Made by a program: the position numbers and the translations under genes. The notes below the pieces were generated by a model. The model saw nothing but the letters and a program-made list of their open reading frames with translations, searched no databases and was not told the origin of the DNA. A stretch of DNA of 64,000 nucleotides from the human T2T-CHM13v2.0 reference genome, Homo sapiens. The stretch lies in assembly GCF_009914755.1 (NCBI RefSeq), contig NC_060927.1. One strand, 5' to 3'. Shown one piece after another: positions 1 through 16,194 of the stretch. Numbering within the stretch: position 1 is the stretch's first letter; each line of letters opens with the position of its first letter.

Positions 1-59
1 AAAATTACTTACATGTCCATATAAAATGTAAAATATTTAGAATTAAATTTTAAAAAATT

Positions 60-460
60 TTCAAGTCCTCTACATTGAAAAATATAAAACATTGCTGAGA
101 TAAATTAACAAACATTCCCCCAAATACAAAGTTATACTATGCTTATGAATCAGAAGATTAAATATTCTTAAGATATTTGTTCTCTGTAGATTCAGTCAAC
201 TTCTTGCCAAAATCTCAAAATGTTTTGAGGTGGAAACTAAAAAGCCAATTTTATAATTTATCTGAAAACGTAAAGGATCTAGAATATTCAAAACAAATTT
301 GAAAAAATGGAGAAATGAGGGAGGACTTACACTACCTAACTTCAATATTTACTATAAAGCAGTAAGCATTAAAGTGTGATATTGCTGCAAATAATGACAC
401 GCAGATCATTAGAAATAATAAAATTTAGAAATAGACACACATATCTGTAGTCAATTGACC
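60..460 (+). mobile_element. Old L1M ORF2 fragment
   Basis: Degraded L1 ORF2 motifs, e.g. ggaggacttacactacctaacttcaatatttactataaagc (GGLTLPNF..YYKA); boundaries approximate. Confidence 0.75.
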
Positions 461-584
461 TTAAGTAGAGAAGAATGGTAAATTAATAAAGAGATGATAA
501 TTTATATAAAACATCTAACACAATGTTTGTCACATAAGTGATAGGTGCTGTTTTTATTATAATTCTAATTGTAATTAATATTTT

Positions 585-770
585 TATAGTGTTCATAGTT
601 TGAGCTTTTGAACCAAAATGCTTGTGTTTGAATTCTGAATCCACTGCTCGTTGGCTATGAGACCTTACCTCAGTTTTCTTCTGTTCAATGAGAGTAACAA
701 TAGTAGTAAATATTGCATAAAGTTGTCTTTAAGATTAAATACATTAATACACATAAAGTACATAGTATCT
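585..770 (+). mobile_element. MIR SINE fragment
   Basis: MIR core-like tttgaattctgaatccactgctcgttggctatgagacctt...cctcagttttcttctgt...aagattaaat. Confidence 0.6.
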
Positions 771-1829
771 ATGAGTATCTTTTTTTGATAGAAATGCTTG
801 CTTGATACCACCAGTTTATATAAAGGCTGAAAAAAAACCAGAACACATTTCTCATGGATTAGGTAAAATACATACTCATAAAGTAAGAGATGCCATTATA
901 TTTTAAGACTGCATAAAACTTTGTTAGAATCAATGATTTTTAAAAAGAAAATCTTTGAAAACATGACATAGTTGGAAAAAATTTTTTAAAATAATAAATT
1001 CAAAAAATATATAAACATAGAATGCCTTTCAAATTATTTTTATCTAGTTTTTCATGCATAGCTGGACCTGACCGTACTAATTAAAATACATCTCAGTTTC
1101 TTCTTATAACTAAGCTACTCACAATTCATCTATAACCTAGAATAACTGAAACAGATTATTTACATAAATAAAATTATTCTTCTCAACTTTACAAGCCACC
1201 AATTAATTATTGCTGGAGGCAAGATCATTGCTCATCTCTATCTGAAGAAATAAACATTATTTATGTCTGTTTAAGAAATCATATTGTGAGAAGGAGGTGA
1301 AGTAGATGTATATAGTATTGCCTATCAATGATAATAAACACGGAACTGGAACGCAATTAATTTTTATTGAAGTAAACCATCTCATTTTCTTTTAAGACAA
1401 AGCTAGTGGCTTTGATTTGTGACCAAAGATAATATCAAGGGTCTTAAATCACAAAATATGTCATTACATACCTTGAGTAAATGTGCAAATGTGTGTATTC
1501 ATTTTTCTTCATAGCTTCTACATTTTGAATACGGTATCAGTAATTCATACTTATCTAAAGTTCATGTGTTATTTCTACATTTGGTAAGGATTATTTTTCT
1601 GTTTTGTTTTGCAATATATTTTTTAACATTTAAAATTATTTTTAACAGTTGATATAATATTATGATTTATTACTTCATGATTAAGAAGGACAAATCCTTT
1701 CTTTGAACAAGGGTCTCCCAAGTAGGTGGAATATTCTGCAAACACCATCTCTTCTGTCATAATAAAGAGCTTGGAACCAATAGCCACTGAATAAAGCTAT
1801 TCAAAATCCTTGATCACAGATTATTTATT

Positions 1830-2035
1830 TATTAATTCATTTATTTAAAAAATACTTGTTGATTGCTTACTATGGCAGAAACTCTTCTAGGTTCTGGGAA
1901 AAGAGCAATGAACAAAAAAATCAGAAATTTTTATCCTCATGGGGCTTCTTTCTACTTGAGGAGATATCTATTTTTTTAAATACAATAAATACTGTGATAT
2001 GTTAGAGAGTGATAAGTGCTAAGGTGAAAAAAATA
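1830..2035 (-). mobile_element. L2 3' end fragment
   Basis: attcatttatttaaaaaatacttgttgattgcttactatggcag...gataagtgct resembles the reverse complement of the L2 3' end. Confidence 0.65.
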
Positions 2036-2042
2036 GAAAAAC

Positions 2043-3018
2043 ATGGGGGTGGCTGACAGCAACAGTAGTGTGAGAGAGAGATGACATTCTTAAGTCACTT
2101 TACAGTTCTAGACAGCAATGAGGGGCAGCAGGTGGCAGGACACAATAGAGACTGTTTGTAAGCTCATGTGAAATAACTTGGGGAGCTTCCAAGATATCCT
2201 TGTCTCAGAATGAGAATTTCCTAAAAGTTCTTTTAGAAAATTGTTACATTAAGTTCTCCAATGTTATTGTAAACTACGCAATCTCATTAAATTTAATTTT
2301 CCTAGCCAAAAACAGAGCTAATATAATCAATTTGATAACCTTTGAAGAATGAGTAAGAATACCCTAAAAACACCTGATATAATAGTTGGACTTAACAGAC
2401 AACCATTAAGTGAAAACTGACACTATTTGGATCCCATAGTGAATATTTTATAATTTATTATATTTTAGATACAATTAGTTTTACATCCATGAGACATCTA
2501 TAACCTCTCTTATAGTTTGATTTCAAAAGTGACAAGTTTGAATATATACCCAATATTTGGTATTAGCTAGATCTACTTATTTGCAGAGAGAATGCATTTG
2601 ATACATCAACTGCTCACCAATGGCCTTCAGAGTCTCCTGGAAAGTTGTAAACAAAAGTAATGGATACAGCCCGTATTTCTCTAGGTTTACCTGCCTGCTG
2701 GTTCAAGTCAAACGTTATGAATTATAAAATTAAATTAATGTTATAAGTGTTATACATGTTATATGTGCATGTATGTGTTAATGTGGCATTATTTATGCCT
2801 AAATTACATGCATATAATCATACTCTAATACCACAAAAAAACTCTCCTGATTCTGAGACAAGGATATCTTGGGAGCTCCCCAAGGTATTTCACATGAGCT
2901 TACAAACAGTCCCTATTGTGTCCTGCCACCTGCTGCCCCTCATTGCTGTCTAGAACTGTAAAGTGACTTAAGAATGTCATCTCTCTCTCACACTACTGTT
3001 GCTGTCAGCCACCCCCAT
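2043..3018. repeat. Long inverted repeat: 169-bp arms (2043-2211 and 2850-3018) with a 638-bp spacer
   Basis: Base-by-base comparison shows the arms are reverse complements with 3 mismatches (2149/2912, 2176/2885, 2188/2873) and no indels. Confidence 0.97.
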
Positions 3019-3044
3019 AAGAATGGGTATCCCAGAACAAAAAT

Positions 3045-3900
<856 letters not shown>

Positions 3901-4444
3901 GTAACTTCTTGTGGTGTTTGGGGATCCCTTTCTGAGAGGTTTTATATTTGCTTTGGCAAGATTCACAAGGCAATTACAGATGTAATTACCGTTAAAATTT
4001 TGTAGGTACAGACTTTTAGAAAACATGTATAGTGTAACTCAGGCCCACAGACATATAAGCATTTTTATTTATTGCATTTTAATCTCCAACGGAGCCAGAA
4101 TTCAGACAAACAATTTTCCTTTATTGTTGGCTTAATAGGTTAGTGCCAGCTCATCATTTTCTCAGTTTCAGTTTTAGGTGGATGATTTCTAAACTGACTC
4201 TCTTCCCAGTATAGACTTAAGACTCAGTCAACAATCTCCACCTCTCCATTAGCTACAAAAATCCTTCTGGAGTAGGCATGGTCAGTGATGTGGTCCCACT
4301 TTTTTCCTGGCCTTACTGAAATGTCTTTTTACAGGAGCAGCCATTAATTGATTAAAATTTCATACATTTTCTCTAGAATTTTTTGTGTCTGTGGCCAGAG
4401 GAGTGGAGGATCGTTAATCAGCCCTTTACAAAATCTGTGAAATA

Positions 4445-7082
<2,638 letters not shown>

Positions 7083-8214
7083 TATTTAACTATTCATCTC
7101 CTTTCCAAGCTTCATGGGATTTCTTCAGTTGTTCCGTAAGTTCCTTTCCTTATCCCTAAAAGTTCTGCTGTCAAGGGGGCTTTATTATAAAAGAATTCAG
7201 ACACAAGATTATCTGCTTCCAGGATGAAAAAAAAAATAAAACAAGACACAAAGATTATTTACTGGGGCATTTCTCTCACTTCCCTGAGACTAAATATTCT
7301 CCAGGCTTGGGAAGAGAATTTAAAGTGAGAAGCAGTTTGTAAACATTGGTTGGTTATGCAATAAGAGTTACAACCTGCCTTCCCTGTTCACTTCAGTGGG
7401 AAGGAAATAATGAAATAAACTTCTTAAAATGTATCAGGTTACAAGTTTAGAAGAAACAAGTCTCCTTTCTCACAGAAAATCTTGAGAAGGAGAAAGCTTG
7501 AGGGAATCCCCTTTACCTCACAGTAGAGAAACGTTAGGAGAGAAATGGATGTTCAGGTGCTGAGGGCCTGAACAAGCCATGAAAGGCAGCCTTGAAGCCA
7601 AATCTAACATTTCCTGCCTTCGAGAAGGTCATTAAATACAACTGAAAGAGAAAAAGACTCTGAAAGAGTTCTGAGTCTTTGACAAGGGGGCATGGCAGCA
7701 GAAGGCACTCTAGACCATATGGTCAGAGACCAGGGAGGAAGATTGACACCTCAGAGGATGCCATTGCAGAGGGATGACAATGCAAGGGTCCAGATTTATA
7801 CACCCCAGTGGATGCCAGCATGGAACAACTGTGGACCATATGCCTTTATTTAACTAACTTGCACCATAATGCCACATACTTCCCCCTGCCCACCCCAAAG
7901 GCATACACAAACATCACCACCACTATTGCTTAGATAAATCCAATGGAGAAGGAAAGATATTAGAATGATTGCAATTTTGCATTGACTGTGTTCCAATTAG
8001 AAATCACTATTTATTTAGAATTTACTAAGTTGTTTGCTGCCATCATTTCAAATGCCAGCAAAAAACAGAGTAGATACTGAATTAGGAAAAAAATAATTAC
8101 TTGTATATTTGTGTTTATGGTCAGGAAACCAACTCTACTACATGGCTTTTGTAATACAGAGCCATGTTGCATCTCAACTCCATAAGTTATTGGGGATTGC
8201 AGGATTCTTGTGTC

Positions 8215-8495
8215 ATTCACGCTATACTCAAATGCCATCTTCTCAGAGAGTCTGTGGTTTATGTATATAATATAGCTTCCCTGTCACTACCTATCACTTC
8301 TCTGCTAATTTTTTTTTCTCCATAGCGCTTACTATTACCTGACACTGTAAATTTATTTGCTTATGGATTGTCAGTCTCCCTCTGCAGAAATAAACTCCCA
8401 GAGGACATGGACCTTGTGTTGTTGACTGTGATTTTCCTAGAGCTTAGAAAACTCCCTGGTACAGAAAATACCTAGAATAAATATACATAGGGTGA
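8215..8495 (+). mobile_element. L2 3' fragment
   Basis: ctcaaatgccatcttctcagagag...gtctccctctgcagaaataaactcccagaggac...cctggtacag. Confidence 0.65.
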
Positions 8496-9062
8496 ATTAA
8501 ACATTATATGTGTGTGTATATATATATATATATAATGTATTTACATATATTTACTTAGTGTATATAAATTTATATAAAATACATATTATATAGCATATCG
8601 TATGTATTTTGATAGTATATATGTTAGGTAGATGTGATTTTTCTTTTCTTTTCTTTTCCTTTTCCAATAATTCCTGAAGAAGTTATAGGTTATTTCTCAG
8701 CAATCACAAAGTAAGGAATTTACTGAATTATGACATTTTGCGGGAGAGGCTGATCCTTGTTTTTGGACTTAAAGGCATAGACGTGAAGAAAGGTCTCAAA
8801 GAGGTGACCTTAGAAGTGATATTTTCTGTTTTATAATTTTACCTAATATTACCCCTACATACAAGTCTATCTATCTGAAGTGGGTTTTTTATTGTTTAAT
8901 ACACCTTTGTTTTCATAGAATAGAAGAAAGGAAGACAGTCTCATATTGTTTTGTAGGTTCAATTCACACTGGAATTTTTTTATCACAGGAAGATATCTGA
9001 GTTAATTATAATGTTTGCATTATGCCACATTATCATCCCCGGTGCACACAAAGTCCTCCTGT

Positions 9063-9120
9063 TCTATCTATCTATCTATCTATCTACCTATCTATCTATC
9101 TATCTACCTATCTACTTATC
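9063..9120. repeat. (TCTA)n tetranucleotide microsatellite with TACC interruptions
   Basis: ctatctatctatctatctatctacctatctatc... read directly. Confidence 0.95.
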
Positions 9121-11274
9121 CCTCTCTGCACTCTCATTTCACACTCTCAACCTAGGCAATAATTCTGAAGTGTTTAATGTATATGGCTTTTTTCTTTGCC
9201 TTCCTAAAACATCTGCATTAATATATTGAAGGGATGCATTTAAATTAACTATGTGTCCCACATAAAAATGTTTCACTTCTTTTCATTCAGCTATATGTTA
9301 TTAAGACCAGGAGTGTTGTTATGTTCACATCTTTGCCACTTCCAAATACTGTATGCTATTCCTTTTATTTTGTTTTTTATAACTACCATATCTTGCCTAT
9401 CTACTATCCGTAAATATATATTTATATATTTAAAGCAAATTACAAAACTACAGAAGGGTCTACTTAAATACCTAGTGCATCTTTGTGAAATAAAATGCAT
9501 CATTAAGGAAATCTCAATTCTGTTTTTTAAGTTTTTTCTTCAGCTGAATTTGGTTTAAGTTACTTTTCAACCAACTCAGATACTTAGTGTTCTATTTTAA
9601 ATTAGAAGGGTAAGTAATTTATTTTTCATATTAGCAAGAAAAATTCTTACACTCATGTGTTTATGTGTATGTGCACTCAAGTCTCTTTTTAAAAGGACAA
9701 AAGGATCCAGAGAGGCTTTTTCCTGCTGTGAAGGACAAAAACTCAAGATAGTGTACTCTGACACAAAGTGCATTTCTTTGCCAGTCTCTAAAATGTCACT
9801 TCATGGGCAGCCTGCTGGGCTCGGCTCAGAGCCATGGTGCCTAGTTTGCTAATAAAAAAGAATAAAGGTTAATGAAGGCATTGGATTATTTATGATCTTG
9901 AATAAAATAGCCTAGGTTTCATCTGGATGGTTTGTTCAAGGCATAAGATCTTGCCTTTGATTTTTAACATTGTATTATTCTTTTCTGCAGACTTTGGATT
10001 TCAATGCTTTTTGCCAGGATACAGTCTTATCACATTTGTTATATATGCAATTATATTACAAAAATAAATGGATATATCAGAGATATTTAAATGTGATGAC
10101 TGAGATACATGAAAAATAAAATAATAAATCCTTCAGAAAACCACTTTGTAATTTAGAAAGGAATAATCTTGTACATTAAGCACATCTTTTGTTGCTCATC
10201 AGCAACTTATTTAGAGAAAATAAATGCCAACATTTAATTGTGGCATAATGACATACAGGAAAATATTGTTTATAAAGAACATATCAGGCTTAAGTCACAC
10301 ACTTCAGATTTAGGTTTAGGAATTTCAGTTTCATTTAAAAGAAGACAAAGTGTGCAATCAAACTAGTCTTCTTGTCAAGTGACGGAATGTGACATGCCAG
10401 AAGTATGTCATGCTCCATAGTCAGGATCTCATCATAGAGTTTTGAAGTCAGCTGAAAGTGAGTGTATATGCTATGAGGCCCACTACTGGTAAATACAAGA
10501 ATACCAAACGTGTAAGGTATATAAAGTTGTTTAGTTCTATGCTCCAATCCAGAATCAGAATTGTCTACATTTATAATATACACAATTTGAAACATTATAT
10601 TTGCTGTAATAAAGTCTGTAGCTGTGGATAATCATCTCTAACACCTTCAATTTGCTCTGAAGTGCTAAACATGAAGCCATCTTTCAAATGACCACTAACC
10701 ATTTCCCAACCCATTGTGCAATATTAAAAAAATAAACAAATCCTGATTAAAATTAACCTGACATTTTTCTTAATTTTCCAGTTTCTTAATTTTTAGGCCT
10801 TGGATGTGTGAGTCTCTATTAATTTTTATGTTTGACCTTTTCTTCTGGTTTGTAGGTCAATTTATATTGTAATGACACAATCTATTGTACTATTTTTTTC
10901 TTGACTGAAACAAACAGTATTTAATTATCTCTTTAAAAAATTCTACTCACTAAAATTACACACATCATACATTTGAAAAGTATTTTTTGGTGTGGCTAAT
11001 ATGTGCCAGACATTGTTTCAATATTGAGGCTATAGCCATACAAAATTATTTTAGAGCTTGTGTTATAAGTTATCAGGAAAATACTAAAGATTGTTAGTAA
11101 ACCTAACTTTCCAAAACTGCATAGACAATCTACAGAACATCATATGTTTATCTATGAGGTAAAATCCCATGACCAAATATGTGTTTTTAGCTTTTAGGTA
11201 AGATAAACTCAATTTATGATCATTGGTGAAGAAAAATATTTCGTACCCTATTGGAGCAGGTCAAAGAATGTGGT

Positions 11275-11685
11275 TAATGTAGTTTGGATATTTGTCCCTA
11301 CCAAAACCTCATGTTGAATTGTAATCCTCAATGCTGGAGGTGGGACCTGGTGGGAGTTGTTTGGATGATAGGTCTGAATTCCTCATTGCTTGGTGCTTTC
11401 TTCATGATAGTAAGTTCTTGCAAGATCTGGTTGTTTAAAAGAGTGTGACACCTCCCTCCCCAACTCTCTCTCTCTCTTGCTTTCGTTCTGCCACATGACA
11501 TGCCTGCTTCCCCTTTGCCTTTTGCCATGAGTAAAAGCTCCCTGAGGCCTCCCCAGAATGGAACAGAAGCCTGTGCCATGCTTCCTGCACAGCCTGCAGA
11601 ACCACAAGCCAATTATATCTCTCTTCTTTATAAATTATCCAGTCTCAGGCATTTCTTTACAGCAATGCGAGAGCAGCCTAATACA
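11275..11685 (+). mobile_element. MST (MSTB-like) MaLR solo LTR
   Basis: ..tagtttggatatttgtccc...ctcatgttgaattgtaatcc ... cagcctaataca; 5-bp TSD gtggt/atggt. Confidence 0.9.
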
Positions 11686-12599
11686 ATGGTGATCATTAAT
11701 CTTTAGAGTTTTCACTGTACTCAATTTCTCTCTGCAATATGTGAAATGGTGGCTTCTCCTCCAACCTAAGTCCTGAAATGAGGACTACTTGAAGCAAACC
11801 TCCCAGCTGACCCATGATGGATATACAACCTGAGTGAGATATAAAACTTCATTAACTTTAAGTCAGTTTAGTGAGCAATAATTAACACACAGTAAAACTC
11901 ACCCGTTTTAGATAGATAATTTGATGAGTTTTAACAAACGTCATGGTGGCCACAATTGAGATGAAGAACATTTCTACTACCTCAACCACTAAAGTAATAA
12001 AAAATAGCCACAACAACCAGATTTTCTTTTTGAAAATTGGTTATTTTTCTTTTTAATTGGTAGTACCTAGTTTCTGAAAAAATCAGAAGCAAGCTTCGTA
12101 AATATTACTTGCAGCAAAATACACTGGTGCAAAATTTCTGAACCCAACTTTGAAATTATGTCTCAAGAACCTTAAACTTTTATAAATGTTATACAATTTT
12201 AAATAATCAATATTTTTACATATGTAATTATGTGGCCTAACAGATCAAAATCAGAAACAACCATATCAACTGAGTAATTGTCTTGCACCCCATAATGTAC
12301 TACAGTATAGCCACTATGGCTATAAAAGCATCTAACAACATGAGAAAATGTTCCAGATTATTTTTATATGGGGAGAAAATGTAAATTAAAATGCAGTAGA
12401 TACAGCAGAACCTAATTATGCAAAATATATATTAACATAGGATTTTATATACCAAATGCTTAGAATTATTGGCCTGTTTCAAAAGATTGTCATGTATGGC
12501 ATGTGAAATATTGCTAGCATTCAGATACACGATCAGACACAGTCCAGTTAAGGTTCAGAGAATGAAGTTTCCTAATCCTCATTTGAACGATTTACTAAA

Positions 12600-12840
12600 A
12601 ACATAATCCTGCCTTTTCCACATCTAATTTTGTGACCTTGGTCAGATTAATCCTTCTAAGCTTTAGCTTCCACATTTTAAAATGTTATTTAAATAACAAT
12701 AGAAGCAGTAGTGGTAACAATAGCACTAATAGTAATGAAGGTTATATTTATCTCATAAGGTTATTTTGGTCCTGAAAAATTACACAAAATGGCATAGTGT
12801 CTTGCACTTTGTGGATGCTCGATAAAAATTAGCTGCTTTT
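12600..12840 (+). mobile_element. MIR fragment
   Basis: tgtgaccttggtcagattaatccttctaagctttagcttccacattttaaaatg...tcataaggttatt. Confidence 0.55.
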
Positions 12841-13609
12841 CTGAAAAGAGATAAGATGTAGAACTTTTCACAGTATTCTATTGCTTGGATTAACAAATTT
12901 TCATTGGCCCATAGTCTCCCAAGAGAAGAGTATATATCTTTCCTAAAGAAATGTTCTGTAGATAACCTAATAGAACAATGTGTGGTGTTTCAGTACTGAG
13001 TTATGAGGAACAGTGGGCATAGAAAAAGAAGGCAGAGCTCTTTGTAAGATTGGGTCTTTACACATACCCAGAAAAAAAAAGTCAACTTAGATAACAAGAT
13101 TTCAATTAAAATTAACCTTTATATTTTGTTCTATATCTTATTTTATAGGTATTTTTCTACTTATTTTGAAAGATGAAAATCCAACATACAGTTTTATATG
13201 TCCAAGACACACAATCACCGTGACTAATTCAGACGCTGCTGCTATCAGAAAATGTGATGAGTTGCAGAATTCAGTATTGAATTGCATCTACCAGTGCCTC
13301 AAAATCAGCATTGCATGCAGAGGAGCCCATTACAATGTTAAATTGGTCTCATACCTAGATGAGCAATTATTTGCCTATTTTCACAATAACGTATCTGCTG
13401 CATTAGCCTCTTTGTTAATATAAGTGCAACACATGTACTGAATGCTTGAATCCTAATAAATAAATGAGTGAATAAAATTCTCTCATTTTTCATACAAAAG
13501 GCTAGAAATGAAAGCCAAAAGGAAACCATCTAAAAAGTCTATGAAAGCCAAGAATAAACCATCACAGAATCCTATAATAAAATTTTTTCTAATTGAGTCA
13601 GTGGTGTCT

Positions 13610-13830
13610 GGTTCACTCATTCCTTCAAGAAATATTTACTAAGCATCTATATGCCAAATGGTATAGGCTCCAGGAATAATGCAGATAATTTTGCAGATTA
13701 TTTCTGTTTTCATGAAGCTTTAATAGTTTCAGGGAAATTGGAGAGCTGGTAAGGTATGCTTGAGACAGGAAAATAAGAAAAGAAGAAAATTTCAAATACG
13801 ACAAGTACTTTAAGGATAATTAAAGAAAAT
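13610..13830 (-). mobile_element. L2 3' end (appears to resume at about 15823-16045)
   Basis: ttcactcattccttcaagaaatatttactaagcatctatatgcca; the continuation reads aggccctgag...gtgacataatcagattt. Confidence 0.55.
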
Positions 13831-13866
13831 TAAAATTGTATGCGTATGCATTTCTACATGACATTT

Positions 13867-15297
13867 TGTGTCTGGAATTGGTGGGTTCTTGGTCTCACTG
13901 ACTTCAAGAATGAAGCCGCGGACCCTTCGCGGTGAGTGTTACAGTTCTTGAAGGCGGCGTGTCAGGAGTTTGCTCCTTCTGATGTTCAGATGTGTTCGGA
14001 GTTTCTTCCTTCTGGTGGGTTCGTGGTCTCGCTGGCTCAGGAGTGAAGCTGCAGACCTTTGCGGTGAGTGTTACAGCTCTTAAGGTGGCGCGCCTGGAGT
14101 TGTTCGTTCCTCCTGGTGGGCTCGTGATCTAGCTTGCTTCAGGAGTGAAGCTGCAGACCTTTGCGGTCAGTGTTACAGCTCATAAAGGCAGTGTGAACCC
14201 AAAGAGTGAGCAGCAGCAAGATTTATTGCAAAGAGCTAAAAAACAAAGCTTCCACAGTGTGGAAGCAGACCCGAGCGGGTTGCCACTGCTAGCTCCGCAG
14301 CCTGCTTTTATTCTCTTATCTGGCCCCACCCACATCCTGCTGATTGGTAGAGCCAGGTGGTCTGTTTTGACAGGGCGCTGATTGGTGCATTTACAATCCC
14401 TGAGCTAGACACAAAGGTTCTCCACCTCCCCACCAGATTAGCTAGATACAGAGTATCCACACAAAGGTTCTCCAAGTCCCCACCTGAGTAGCTAGATACA
14501 GAGTGTCCGTTGGTGCATTCACAAACCCTGAGCTAGACACAGGGTGCTGATTGGTGTGTTTACAAACTTTGAGCTAGATACAGAGTGTCGATTGGTGTAT
14601 TTACAATCCCTGAGCTAGACATAAAGGTTCTCCACCTCCCCACCAGACTCAGGAGCCCAGCTGGCTTCACCCAGTGGATCCCGCACTGGGGCTGCAGGTG
14701 GAGCTGCCTGCCAGTCCCGCGCCATGCGCTCGTACTCCTCAGCCCTTGGGTGGGCAATGGGACCGGGCGCCGTGGAGCAGGGGGCGGCGCTCATGCAGGA
14801 GGCTTGGGCCGTACAGGAGCCCACTGCGGGGGCCGGGGGAAGGCTCAGGCATGGCGGGCTGCAGGTCCCGAGCCCTGCCCCACGGGAAGGCAGCTAAGGC
14901 CCGGCAAGAAATCGAGCGCAGCGCCAGTGGGCTGGCACTGCTGGGGGACCCAGTACACCCTCCGCAGCCACTGGCCTGGGTGCTAAGCCCCTCATTGCCC
15001 GGGGCGGCGGGGCCGGCAGGGCCGGCCGGCTGCTCCGAGTGCAGGGCCCGCCAAGCCCACGCCCACCCGGAACTCCAGCTGGCCCGCAAGCGCCGCGCGC
15101 AGCCCCGGTTCCTGCTCGCGCCTCTCCCTCCACACCTCCCTGCAAGCTGAGGGAGCCAGCTCCGGCCTTGGCCAGCTCCCACAGTGCAGCGGTGGGCTGA
15201 AGGGCCCCTCAGGTGCCGCCAAAGTGGGAGCCCAGGCAGAAGAGGCGCCGAGAGCGAGCGAGGGCTGTGAGGACTGCTAGCACGCTGTCACCTCTCA
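13867..15297 (-). mobile_element. LTR12C (ERV9) solo LTR, full length, CpG-rich
   Basis: Minus strand starts TGAGAGGTGACAGCGTGCT and ends CCCACCAATTCCAGACACA; 4-bp TSD attt (13863-13866, 15298-15301); tandem repeats containing ATTGG (CCAAT). Confidence 0.97.
14290..14620 (-). promoter_or_regulatory. LTR12C U3 enhancer/promoter: CCAAT (NF-Y) repeats and TATA-like AATAAAA
   Basis: Repeated gattgg/gctagatac units at 14340-14620; cagcctgcttttatt at about 14298-14312 reads AATAAAAGCAGGCTG on the minus strand; activity inferred from the family only. Confidence 0.65.
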
Positions 15298-15301
15298 ATT
15301 T

Positions 15302-15822
15302 GAGCAGAGGTACTCACAGTCTTTGTTTTAGACCACCTTTTCATGAATGTGTGTGTGGAAAACAGCATTAGAAGATAGAGATACTGTCTTCCTCCAGTGC
15401 AAAGGTAGCTTTGTTTACAAAGTCTGATGATAAGAATAGTGTCTCTCTCCAGAGCAAAGGGAAAATTGTTTTTTTTTTCACCCCCCATTTGGTATAATAT
15501 AAATAATGTCATCCTCTGGGTCAAAGATCAGGAATGTTCACTATCTATTATAAAGATTTGGGTTCCAGAAGCTTGAGGTTACTCTTCTGGAGTGCAAACA
15601 ACTGCATGTGCAAAGTTCTTTTCAATAAGCCCTGGGTGTCGTGACTCAGAGAATCAGCGTAATTGCTGACATTCTGGTTACTGTTAACCCTGGAAGTAAT
15701 AAGGTCCTTTAAGGCTGATCCAGAAATCTCTTATCTTCTGCCAATATCTATGAAACTTTTGCAGACTAACCTTCTGCAATTGCAATTAAGGTAAAATATC
15801 AGAGCCCTCATAGTTCTTGACA
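15302..15822 (+). mobile_element. Older ERV LTR (family uncertain) interrupted by LTR12C
   Basis: Ends ggtaaaatatcagagccctcatagttcttgaCA, an LTR-type terminus; contains internal repeats gatagagatactgtct/gataagaatagtgtct. Confidence 0.55.
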
Positions 15823-16194
15823 AGGCCCTGAGAAGTAGGTGAGTCATGTCTGTTCAAGAAACAGGAATAAAAGGCAAATTTTGAAAAATGGTGAGAGAAG
15901 GGAACTACAGACTAGAATAATTCAATCAGGAAGGCAGGATCTAGATCTTACAAAACCTTGCAAGCCATAACAGTAATGTGGTTTTATTTGTGCAATAAGA
16001 ATCAAAAGGAGGGTTTAAATGGGAAAGTGACATAATCAGATTTATATATAATATGCTTATTAACCATATAGATGAAAACTACTAGACTGAGTCAGATTTG
16101 GATTCACGTCTCAGCTCTGTCATGTAACAGTTATATAATCTTAAATAAATTGCAATTTTCTGACCTCCCATTTTCTGCAATATAACAGGAAATC

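Noticed and set aside
2043-3018. Inverted repeat interpreted as a long-TIR DNA transposon
   Set aside because: No TSD, no transposase remnant in the spacer, and arm identity too high for a long-extinct primate DNA transposon without conversion.
7100-7950. Purine-rich, LTR-like stretch
   Set aside because: I could not assign termini or a family with confidence.
14340-14640. CRISPR-like repeat/spacer pattern (also 38640-38800)
   Set aside because: These are the known tandem enhancer repeats of ERV9 LTRs in eukaryotic DNA; no cas genes and no unique spacers.
14560-15222. Cluster of overlapping 65-158 aa ORFs
   Set aside because: They lie in GC-rich LTR12C sequence where stop codons are rare; no coding signature.
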